From: the human T2T-CHM13v2.0 reference genome, Homo sapiens
NCBI RefSeq assembly: GCF_009914755.1
Contig: NC_060934.1
Length of the DNA: 64,000 bases
Direction: 5' to 3' (one strand)
How positions within the stretch are numbered: the first letter of the stretch is position 1; each line of letters opens with the position of its first letter. Positions 1-14,486 of this stretch are shown piece after piece. The notes beneath the pieces were generated by a model. It did no database searches, was not told where the DNA came from, and saw only the letters and a list, made by a program, of their open reading frames with translations. Both the position numbers and the translations under genes were made by a program.

Positions 1-1029
1 GCGTATGCTCTTCTCTCTGCCCAGAATATTCTTTTTCACTTTGCAAAATTAAGACTCTGGATATCACCTTAGTTACCACTTCTTTAGAGAAGCTTTCCTT
101 TACCTCTCCCGCTGCCAGACGAAGCCAAAGCTTCCACAGACAGACAAAGGAAGCGAGCAAGCGTAAGAGAGAGAGCAAGAGAGAGTGTGTGGGTTTTTCT
201 TTAACAAGAGAAAGACATGGAGAAGAAAGAAGTTTTTACTAATCATTACCAACATGAAACTAACATGACAAACAGGGTGGATTCTTAGATTTATCCTATA
301 TTACTAAAATTATTTGCTTGGTGATATCTTGCAAATTTTTTGGGACTGGCTGAGTATTACAGAATTCCTCAGTGTAGCAAAAATGGGAAGAATCAAAGTG
401 TTATTGTTGTAAAGAATATAGCTGATTAAGTATATTAAGAATTTTTTTCTTCTAATTCTGCCCAAGTTCCTGGTAGAACTAATCTGGTATATGTCAATGT
501 ACCTGTCTTTCCTGCCTAGCACAATTTGATGGATGTCTGAACTTTATAAGCAACCAACCAACTACTGACTTGATTTTTACAGGTAATTGCAATGCTAAAT
601 TGGAAAGCATTCTAATAAAGCTTCGAACTAAATGCCTCATGAACAAACTGTTCCTATTCCATCCTGGAACCTATCACCCACAGAGAACGTGTCTTCTGAT
701 ATCTTCAACTTCCCTCCCTGCTACCAACAACTTTTAAATATCTAGTCTTATCTTTTCCTCTTGTACTTTGGTAGAATCATCGTCCTTCAGCCTTATAGAG
801 GCAGACTTTCTATCTATGCTTTTGATTCTATGCTTTCTAACTCTAGATGCCTTACTCCAGCAGTTATTGCCTCCCTTTTATCTTTAATCTCCTCCTTGTC
901 AATGCTTGCTTATTGAAGTCTCCTGCTACCAAGAAAAATACCTTCACTTTAGCCATTCTAGCAAATTACCACTCCAGTCTTTCACTTTACTCCTTTAAAA
1001 CTGCAAAAGTAAGAAATGCTTGTTACATT

Positions 1030-1320
1030 CCACAAATGGTCATGGGACACTGGTTATCTACATGCAAAGAAAGAAGCTGGACCTCTGCTTCACATTATAT
1101 TAAAACGAATTACTCAAGATGGATCAAAGACCTAAATGTAAAAGCTAAAATTATAAAAACTGTGGGAAGAAAACACAGGAGCAAATCTTTGTGACGTTGG
1201 ACGAAGCAATGGTTTAGCTATGACATCAAAAGTACAGGCAACAAAAGGAATAAATAAATGGGACATTATCCAAATAAAAACCTTTTATGCTTCAAAGAAT
1301 AACATCAGGAAAGTTAAACA
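1030..1320 (+). mobile_element. Old L1 (L1M) ORF2 3' fragment
   Basis: tcaagatggatcaaagacctaaatgtaaaagctaaaattataaaa is a typical L1 motif. Confidence 0.75.
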
Positions 1321-1610
1321 GGATGGGCACAGTGTCTCAAATCTGTAATCCCAGCACTTTGGGAAGCCAAGGCAGGAAAATCACTTGAGTTCAAGACCAG
1401 TCTCGGCAACCTAGCAAGACCCTGTCTCCACAAAAAAAGTTTAAAAATTAGCCAGGCATGGTAGCGTGTGCCTGTGTAGTCCTAGCTACTCATAAGGCTG
1501 AAGCGGAAGGATTACTTAAGCCCAGGAGTTCAAGGATGCAGGGAGCTACAATCACACCACTGCACTCCAGCCTGGGCCCCAGAATGAGAACCTATCTCTA
1601 AAAAAATAAA
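1321..1610 (+). mobile_element. Alu (J-like)
   Basis: Diverged dimer with A tail. Confidence 0.85.
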
Positions 1611-1659
1611 AATTTGTGGTAAAATACATGTAACATAAAATTAGCCATTTAGACTATTT

Positions 1660-2595
<936 letters not shown>

Positions 2596-2647
2596 CACTG
2601 CCTTTTAAACTACTGCTTTTAGAAAAAAAAAAAAAATCTAATAACCT

Positions 2648-2910
2648 CCCAGCACTTTGGGAAGCCAAGGTGGGAGGATCGTTTGGGGATAGGAGTTGAA
2701 GACCAGTCTGGGAAACATAGCAAGACCCCGTCTTTACAAAAAAAATTAAAATAAATTAATGAGCAAGGTGTGGTGGCACAGGTTTATAGTTTCAGCTACT
2801 TAGAGGCTGAGGCAGGAGGATTGCTTGAGCCCAGGAGTTCGAGGTTGCTATGCCCACACCACTACACTCCAGCCTTGGCAACAGAATGAGACCTCATCTC
2901 TTAAAAAAAC
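2648..2910 (+). mobile_element. Alu (J-like, 5' truncated)
   Basis: Starts at cccagcactttggg. Confidence 0.8.
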
Positions 2911-3275
2911 AACAGAACACCACCACAAACTTTTAATTCCAGGAATGGCCATGAAAGTCTACCAATTAAGTACTGGTTAAATAATAGGTTATTTCTAATT
3001 TTTCTCTGTTATAAACAATATTGTAACAAAATGCTATATCTTTGCACACTTGTGGGAGTATCTCTGTACGATAAATTCCTAGATGTGGAATTGCTAAATG
3101 ACTTTTACATTTTGATAAATGTCAAATTTCCCTCCAAAACAGTTGCAATGATTTACACCTACCCATTTCATAAAACCCTTGCCAGTTTCAATCCTTTTAT
3201 TCTTTGTCAATCTTAGCAAGGCAAAAATATTTTAATGGTTTAAATTTTTTAAGTTTTTATTTGCATTTCTTGTTA

Positions 3276-3590
<315 letters not shown>

Positions 3591-3761
3591 CTTGATGAAG
3601 GGTTTGAGGCTTAGCAGTTAAAACCAATGTTGATTGTAGGTTAAAAAAAAAATAACTGTCAAACTGTCATCTTAATTGTAGTTCTGTTGTAGTCACTACA
3701 GAGGAAAATGAATTCTACTGATGCATGGGAAGTTATTTCATTTAATTTGACTTTCATGTAA

Positions 3762-4109
<348 letters not shown>

Positions 4110-4907
4110 TAAGAACTATCTTCAAGTTACTCATCTGGATCCCATCCTTAACAATTACTGCTAATCTGTCTTCAGTGACATTATTATAGACATAATAGGT
4201 TATCTAAAAACTCAGCTCTGAATTTACATTGTAACATTACTAAAATTCAGTGGAGACCATTATACTGTAATGTATGTTAACTGTCCATTCTTCTAGGACC
4301 TGGAAGTCTTATTCCTGTGTTAGATTAAATCATAAGAAATCCAGAGGTTTTGCTTTCTAGTACCCAGTGCTTTAACTGAGTTGGGATTTTTTTTTAATGT
4401 TATAGCATTTAATAGGAAAAATCATTTGAAGATCATTTATCTTTTGTATAACTGTAATTGAAAATGTCAACTAATTATACAGTGTTTTTCCCCATAAAAC
4501 ACAATTTAGTGCCAGGAGAAAAAAGAACTATTTCTTCAGATAACTTTATATGTGTCCTTTTTTTTCCATTAAAAATTAAATAGCCCAAAGTATGTTCCTT
4601 TTGGCCTTAATGACAGGACCTGAAGCCAAAGCTGTGCATTCAATTAGAGTAACATTTCTATGCTTTTTTCCTTTCTACTGAGTTTCCGCTGTTAAAAAAA
4701 AAAAAAAAAAACTTCATGATTTTGTAAAATACCACTAGAATGCGCAGAGTAAGGGAGCAACATTCTCACACTGCAAAACTACACTTCTAATATGTGAGTA
4801 AGGAAAGCTCCAAAGAAAAATGTCAGTAATGTAATTTGAACATGATCACTACCTTCTTCTAACCCGACACACACATAAGAATATTCTATGATTAGCTAAT
4901 CGAAAAC

Positions 4908-4910
<3 letters not shown>

Positions 4911-4972
<62 letters not shown>

Positions 4973-4975
4973 TTT
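4911..4975. repeat. (TA)22 T21 microsatellite
   Basis: Read directly from the sequence. Confidence 0.95.
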
Positions 4976-5357
4976 ACAAAGGCAAAAGATAAGTCACACC
5001 CCAAAGTGCCAGTTACAGAGGACAAAATTTCCAATAATTCTTCTCTAGGTGCTTGATGGTTAACAAAGGCTAATAATCTAGACTGGGAATTTATCCAGTC
5101 CCTTTGCTTCATAGTGGGATAATTATGCAATAACACTATACATCCACTCATTTCAGTTATCTCAGTCTGAGTACCACAGTTCAACCCATTACAGAGCAGT
5201 GTTGTTAAAAGTTATGCCATTAAAAAAAATAAAAAAGCTGAACCACTCAAAACTTTTTGTATTTGTTTATATATATTATACTTTAATACTAATTTGCTCC
5301 TTAGTAACAAGGGTAAACAAAATCTTAAGCCTAAATAACATATTTATGATATATTTA

Positions 5358-5696
<339 letters not shown>

Positions 5697-5879
5697 TCAT
5701 GTTACATTCATGATATCATAAATACCGTATTGTAGGAAATCATCACTTCAGAGTAAAAAAATGAAAATCACTTTCCCACCAGAATCAAAAAAGCTTTTCT
5801 ACCACTCTAAACAGATTATTGTTTATTTGCATAGGTCATTATTTATATTACTTTAACTAGACTTTATGAGTTCACTTAA

Positions 5880-6310
<431 letters not shown>

Positions 6311-6395
6311 TTTATTTGCTTTTTAATAGTGGAAAAGACAGAGATGACTTGCCAAAAGTTAACAGATTGTCAGTAACATAAGTAAAGCCTTTTTT

Positions 6396-6991
<596 letters not shown>

Positions 6992-7238
6992 TGTTTTATG
7001 TTTTTTAAATACTAAAGGAGTTCCAAAAATATTTTGCCAAAAAAATTCTATTTGCTGAAATGCTGGAACAAATTATTACTTCCACTGAAAGTGATGTCAT
7101 CGCTTAGACAGTTCTCTAAATACAGATATTTGAAATTCCTTTCTAAATCATTCAAAATACAGATGTTCCCAGGCTACAAGGGATTAAATTAACTGACATC
7201 AGAACACGAATTTTCTTCCATTTGGCAACTGAGATGGC

Positions 7239-7554
<316 letters not shown>

Positions 7555-7860
7555 TTCTAATGCTAGTAGCTAAATACCTTCTGCTATCATTTATAATATG
7601 TAAGTATGGTTGTACCTTTCTCAAAAATCCAATAAAACTGCTTAAGAGCTACAAAGTTAGAATATTTAAAAAATAGGTTTGAAATGTTTAGCAATATTTA
7701 GTTTTTTTTTTTAAGTGTATAGATCACTTTCCTACAGTGATTTATTTTGATTTATTGGCAACAGTCCATTGACTGTGGGCTGGATATTTCTTCAAAAGGG
7801 TCATTGCATACATAGAAAATTTCCAAAAACAAACAGTCTTCCAAAACATCGAATTCATGA

Positions 7861-8156
<296 letters not shown>

Positions 8157-8530
8157 GTAATTTTGTTTTATATGCTTCCTAGAAGCATGCAAATCTAGAG
8201 GATTTAGCTATTTACAAACTTTATGACAAAAAATGTGTAAAACCATGCAATAATCTGATAAAATCTGTTAACAGTTTAATTTTTATTTTTTTTAAAGAAG
8301 GGGTTTTTTGTAGATATGAATTAGGTTCTGTAATAGAATGGAAAATTAGCTTAATGTAAAAATCGGGTTAATTGCAATGTTCAGAAGCACTGTAAATCAT
8401 ATCTCAAAACATGTCTATGCAAATTAGTTTCTGCAAATCCTTACTATCTATTAGTGTTCCTTAAGGATAATTGCTCCTGTGATTAAAATGAAAATCATAT
8501 TATGGCAAATTTAAATTTTCTTCATGTCTT

Positions 8531-9593
8531 CTAATGGGGTTCAGGACACTCAACCCCAAAATATGGCACTGTAGCATTTGAGCAGAAGCAGGTCTCTCTG
8601 ACCTTCTCCCACTCTTTTCCCCTTAAGCAGGCTATAAAAGAATTGTCTAGGCCAGGCACGGGCTCATGCTTGTAATCCCAGCACTTTGGGAGGCCGAGGC
8701 AGGCGGGTCACGAGGTCAGGAGATCGAGACCATCCTGGCTAACACGGTGAAACCCATCTCTACTAAAAATACAAAAAATTAGCCGGGCAGCAGCGGGCGC
8801 CTGTAGTCCCAGGTACTCAGGAGGCTGAGGCAGAAGAATGGCATGAACCCAGGAGGCGGAGCTTGCAGTGAGCCAAGATTGCGCCACTGCACTCCAGCCT
8901 GGGGGCGACAGAGCAAGACTCCATCCCCCCCCCAAAAAAAAAAAAAAAGAATTCTCTGACCTTCCTCTAAAGTAGTATAAGACTTTCAATCCAGAAGTAT
9001 CCTCTCTCTACCTGGAAGAAATGAACATCCTTATCCTGAGACACAGAGATACCAAGAGGTATGTGAACAAACAGGCTTTGCTAAGTTTCCCCCAGTTTAT
9101 TACCATTAGATCATATCCCCTTTGTTCATCATACTTCTGTATGACTATCCACTCATCAAACCTAGCATAAAAATACACAGGTTTCCCTGTTTCTTTGGGT
9201 TCTCATTTTTTTCTATTTCTTTTCTCTTTTTTTTTTTGAGACAGGATCTTACTCTGTCACCCTGGCTGGAGTGCAGTGGCATGCTCATGGCTCACTGTGG
9301 CTCTCTGTAGCCTCAACCTCCTCAGGCTCAGGTGATCCTCCCACCTCAGCCTCCCAAGTAACTGGGTCTACAGGTACATGCCACCACACCTGGCTAATTT
9401 TTTTTGTATTTTTTGTAGAGTTGGGGTTTTAACATGTTGCTCAGGCTGCGGTCTTCATTTCTAAAGGCTTCTTGTCAAGTAAATTTTGTATTAAATAAAT
9501 TTGTATGATTTTCTCTTGTTAATCTGTCTTTTGTTATAGGGGTCTCAGCTATGAAGCTAGTGATAGGCAAGAAAAAAAATTTTTCTCTCTTAC
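8531..9593 (+). mobile_element. ERV1-class solo LTR (MER34/MER39-like) interrupted by two Alus (8649-8950 plus; ~9220-9448 minus)
   Basis: Starts ggggttcaggacactcaaccccaaaatatggcac; ends aataaatttgtatg...gttaatctgtcttttgttatagggg. Confidence 0.65.
8649..8950 (+). mobile_element. AluY
   Basis: gagatcgagaccatcctggctaacacgg and gagcttgcagtg; TSD aaaagaatt. Confidence 0.88.
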
Positions 9594-10081
9594 TGGGGCA
9601 AAAGGGCAGGTGGTGTTATACAGCAGAGACAAGAAACCAAGACGTGTATAGTAACGTTTAAGGTTAATATATAAAAGGCATATGGTCCTGCCCAAAAAAG
9701 AAAAAGGAAATGCTGAATCAACGCATTCGGTCCAGCCTAATCTTTTTCTTTTTGAAGACAGCAGTAATCTTCAAAATTTCTCTGAGTACCTCCTAAAATG
9801 CCTGTTAAAATCTATGTTTGCCTTTGCATAAATTTTTTAGTTGACAACTAAATTTTTTCATAATTTAGTTTCGAATGATTGAATTGTCATATTGAAAACG
9901 TTGGTAATTTCTAAAAAATGATTACTTTAAATGTATCCACTGGAATCTAAATACCATAATGATTTGATATCCACCATCATCCACTTAAAATATGTGAACA
10001 AAATATTTTTTAATACTTGGACATTTTACATCTTTTTTTTTTTTCTTGATGTTATAGTTTCATTCCATTCTTATCCTAGAA

Positions 10082-10320
10082 CAGTTAATTCTCAACAGGG
10101 GTGGAGTCACTAGAGGTAGTGGTGGGGATTTTACCTATCAGGGGACATTTGACAATGTCTGGAGACATTTTTGATTGTCACAACTTAAGGAAGGGTGCTA
10201 CTGGCATCCAGTGAACCACAGATGCTATTAAACATCCTACAAAGCTGAAGATAGCCCCCAAGAACAAGAATTATCTGACTCAAAATGTCAATAGTGCTAT
10301 TGATAAGGTTAAGAAACCTT
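10082..10320 (+). mobile_element. MER20 DNA transposon
   Basis: ggggacatttgacaatgtctggagacatttttgattgtcacaac...aaatgtcaatagtgc. Confidence 0.85.
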
Positions 10321-11271
10321 GTCCTACAGTGACACATTTTTATGCCTGAAAATCTTTTATTTATCACATTATACTTATCTATATTAAAAATATTTATACA
10401 ATTAACAAAAATATGAATTTCCTAAAACAAAAAGCCTGTGTTAAAGACCTATAAAAAGGCTGTGTTAAAGATAGTATCTTCTGGATTGTTACTATAATTA
10501 TTATTCACATTTGTTAATCTAAATAACATGACTAAACAATCATTATCAAGTATAAACAAGTGAAAATGTATTAAGATGTTCCTAATGAGATGGATGGGGC
10601 TTATGTTTGTTATATTTCATTAGTTATTGTGTCTGTGGATAAATATTCTACTTGTTAGAATAAAAATTCAGCACAAAGATATTTCTATTTTCATGAGAGC
10701 CGAGAAACCTTCACAAGTAGATGGAAAAGGAGTTCTATTGTAATACTGTCACCCAATTCTGTGAGCTCTAAGTTACACAGTGAGCTCTTTTTAAAAAACA
10801 TTTTAGTGATCAATCAACTAATAACCTAATAAGATTATCTTTAAACACTGTTAAAAGCAAGGAACTTGCAAAGGCTTTGTTATAAAGGCACTTACTTACG
10901 CAATACCTGCAGCTACTAGGTGACCCTGAGATTTTTAAACCCCTGCTTTACTGCAGAGTCCAAAAGAGGCCTTGTTTAATGAAGGGAATTTGGGAACTTC
11001 TCTTAGTTCAATATGAGAACACATTTCACTTATCAAAGTTTGGGGAGCCTCAACAGACATTATGTAAGTTAATGTTACTTTGGAAAACCCCTATTAACTG
11101 CCCCATAACCATGTTTATTAGTCCGTCATGAAAACTCCAGCACAGATATTATCAAACATCTATGCCTAACCACCTAGGTCTTAGAAACTATATCATGAGT
11201 TTTCAGAAAATTAGATTCCCAAGAAAGAAATGGTCCAAATATGACTAAAGTTCTCTCCATTACTCCCTTAC

Positions 11272-11342
11272 CTCTTAGATACTCTGTACTGTGCTGTGGT
11301 CAATTTTCCAGTCTCAGGGTCATGTACTGTAGCTCGGCTCAG
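11272..11342 (-). CDS. P4HA1: P4HA1 mutually exclusive exon 10: LSRATVHDPETGKLTTAQYRVSK(S)
   Basis: 71 nt; ctttttttgtag|CTG and AGAG|gtaagg; same length and phase as exon 9, 14/24 aa identical. Confidence 0.96.
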
Positions 11343-12365
11343 CTACAAAAAAAGAGAAAGGACAAGGACTTACTCCAGTAGCAGGCAATTTTGGGCTTTT
11401 TGTTTGTTTTGTTTTGCCAAGCCACAGGTGATTGGAAGGGTTCAGATTGGTCTGGATGGTGGGTAATGGTCTCGAATCCACAAAAACATTTAGAAAAGTG
11501 GCAGTAAGAACAGCCACTTCCAAATCAAGAGAAAATGAGTTGACAGATTTTTGTTGTAGATTTATTGTCCTTTCACTTTTTTTAAACAAAAAATCATTTG
11601 AAGCTGTATGTAAATGATTTATAGCACTGGGTTTCACAGAAACTTTCTCAGATCTAGAAGTTATTTAAATATTTTGAAAAAAAATAGTAGACTCCTTAAA
11701 TTCATTTTTCAAACCTCTCACTGAGATAAAACTGTTTTTAAATCTCTCTGGCAAAGTAAAAGGCAACTAAGTTTACAACTAATTTTTGGAAGACAGAGCT
11801 CAGAAGCGTAACTCTGTTCTTCCTACTGCCAACTTTTGAGTCAGCGAATTTTTTTAAATAAAAAACTCAAACAGGAGGAATACAGATTACTACATAATGA
11901 CAATGTTATTTTACAAGATGTATGAACAAATGCCAACGTAATCACCATGAAGGAGGATATGAATCACCGCAGCATTTATGAATATGAGAAAACTGCATAG
12001 GTGAAGACTACTACTCCCAGATTCAGGAGGCTGCTGCTTTATTTCCCCCTTTGGCAACAAAAGGGAAAAAGAAAACAAGTATCAGGCCACTTCCTGGATA
12101 TTTGACACCTGATCTGAAGAAAGATAAAAAGCATATTAATTCCCTAAAAATAACATACCAATTAAAGGTTAAAAACAGAACTTCTAGTGAAGGAGAAAGA
12201 CCTGTGAAACACAAAGCAGTTTATCCATGCGTTATCCTGTTTATATACAGGGTGGTGACTTGAGCTGGTGACTGAAAATGACCCACTTTCCTTAAATGAA
12301 TAATTCCTGTAAGATGTATAAAACACTCATTAGAGGGCAAAATATGCAGCATACACATCTCTTAC

Positions 12366-12436
12366 CTTTTGCTAATTCTGTAATGTACCGTCTCCAAGTC
12401 TCCTGTTATTGGGTTTGAAATGGTGGCTCGCCTCAG
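12366..12436 (-). CDS. P4HA1: P4HA1 mutually exclusive exon 9: LRRATISNPITGDLETVHYRISK(S)
   Basis: 71 nt; ttcacag|CTG and AAAG|gtaaga; phase 0 in, phase 2 out. Confidence 0.96.
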
Positions 12437-13364
12437 CTGTGAAGCCAACCATCAAAATAGTTGCATTACAAAACAAAAAACTGAATCACATCTACCCAAC
12501 CAGTCAGAATTCCAGGGTTTTTACAAAGGAGGCTAAAAAGAGAAAATAACTCCATACACTTCCAGTCACCTTGTGCTGAGCCTTGAAAGCCAGTTAGTTT
12601 TTTAGGTTTTTGGGGTTTTTTTTTTTTCTTCAATTTTTTGTTTTGCATAGATGGAGGACATACAAACAAAAGAGATTGGAAATTAAATTTCTTTCAATGG
12701 TGAAAGGACATGACAGTAAGAAAAAGAGACATATCTAAAATTTGAAGTCTAATTTACAGTTAAAATAGCCATCTGGGGGTGGGGAGAGAAGGGGAAAAAA
12801 AGAAGAATGCCTATTTGCAATTAATGATCCATTCCAAAACCTTTGACTTTAATTTTTTTTAGTGATGGAACTGTTTGCACAGGTTAATGTTTAAAATTCA
12901 TTTTAAGGTCAATCTTTTGTCCCTTCAAGATAGCCACTCTCATTAACATATACAGTGAAATAATCTTGGACTGAGAACAAAGGCAGAGGAAAAGAGCTCA
13001 TAAATGTTAAAAACAGCAAGAAAGAGGTGACCGCCTAGATAATAATTTCAATTTTTTTTAATGGAACGATGATTCTGAGGTTGTGAGAGCATGAAATTTT
13101 ATTGCCATTAAATTTATTGATCAAAAACAATCCAAATTGAGGAATCTCCAGAATATAACTTGATCTCCAAGTTGAAATGAATTAATTACCTTGGATGGCA
13201 CCAATAATATATATTAATGTTAGACCAGTCTTTTGCATTTATAATGTAATCTTTGGCCAAAAAAAAAAAAAACCACCAATTTGGAGAAGCAGAAAAACTC
13301 TAAAAGAAATTCTAACTTCATTTTGTAGTATAGATATCCAGATAATTCAAACCTTTGATATAAT

Positions 13365-13586
13365 AAGGGTCAACAAACTATGGCCACAGACCAAATTCAG
13401 CCTGCTACCTGCCACTGGAAATAAAATTTTACTGTAATATAGCCACACTCTTTCATTTACATATTTTCTTTGGCTGCTTTTGCACTATAATGGCAGAACT
13501 AAATAGTCATGACAGAGATCATATGGCCTCCAAAGCCTAAAAAATATCTAATATTGACCTTTATGGAAAAAATCTGCCAACTCCTG
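13365..13586 (+). mobile_element. MER58A-like hAT MITE
   Basis: agggtcaacaaactatggcc...aaatctgccaactcctg with terminal inverted repeats. Confidence 0.8.
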
Positions 13587-14309
13587 TGTAAGACAGCAAA
13601 GCATGCCTAGAATTTATTCAACAATCTCTTTATGAAAGTGATGGCAGCTTGTATTTTACTATCAAGAAGACCAAATATGTTTTAAGAACAAGCTGATGGG
13701 GGAAAAGGCAAGAGCATAAAGGGTAGTCTTTTCCACATTCTCACTAAAGAGTTTTTATGCTCAACACTAAGCTTATAGATTGGGTTTACGTTAGATTCTT
13801 TTTCTTTTTAAGATAAATTCTGTGGGTTAAAGTCAGAAAACTATCACCATTTCAAATTAACATAATACTTGTGCCCAATTATATCTTTTTATAATAGTAA
13901 CAATGTGCCTAAAAGGGAATAAAAATACTTCCACGGTATTCTTTCAGTAAAAATACAGAAGTGAAAAAGCTGGGCTTTGAGTAGCCTCTGAGATTAAAAG
14001 ACTCCAAAATACAGAGAAAAGTTTATCAGGAAGACAGTGAAACACAAATTTGTTAATGGTGAATAAAAATCTCACAATAATTTTCATAATTCAGTGCTTA
14101 AAACCCAGTTAAGGGTACATTACTTGTGTTGATAACAAATGGAAAAACTGGCATAAACACAGCATCATTAGTAACTCCATTATGCTGAGGCAAAATATCT
14201 TTAAAAAATCTGTGGCATTATTCGTATATCAATTATCCTATTTTTTTACAAAGAAAAATTGATACAAAGGTACAGTAAATTGAGGAGAAAGAAAGAAAAC
14301 ATTATTTAC

Positions 14310-14486
14310 CCTTGGTTTTGCTAGGTCTTTGACGATTTCAATTTCTGCATCAGAAATAATATCATGGAAGCGAATAATACGAGGCTTGTCCCATTCATCC
14401 TCCTGTTTAGCTGGAGCCAGAATAAATTTAGGATTACGGTTTCCATCATGGTAGCGGCAAAAGAGTTTTTTCTGTCTCCGAGGGGT
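14310..14486 (-). CDS. P4HA1: P4HA1 exon 8: TPRRQKKLFCRYHDGNRNPKFILAPAKQEDEWDKPRIIRFHDIISDAEIEIVKDLAKPR
   Basis: 177 nt; gtttag|ACC and AGG|gtaaat. Missed by the ORF track. Confidence 0.97.

Noticed and set aside
11343-12365. Steric hindrance (distant branch point) or U2/U12 incompatibility as the cause of exclusivity
   Set aside because: The intron is 1023 nt, AG dinucleotides occur within ~30 nt of the exon-10 acceptor so there is no long AG-exclusion zone, and all donors look U2-type.
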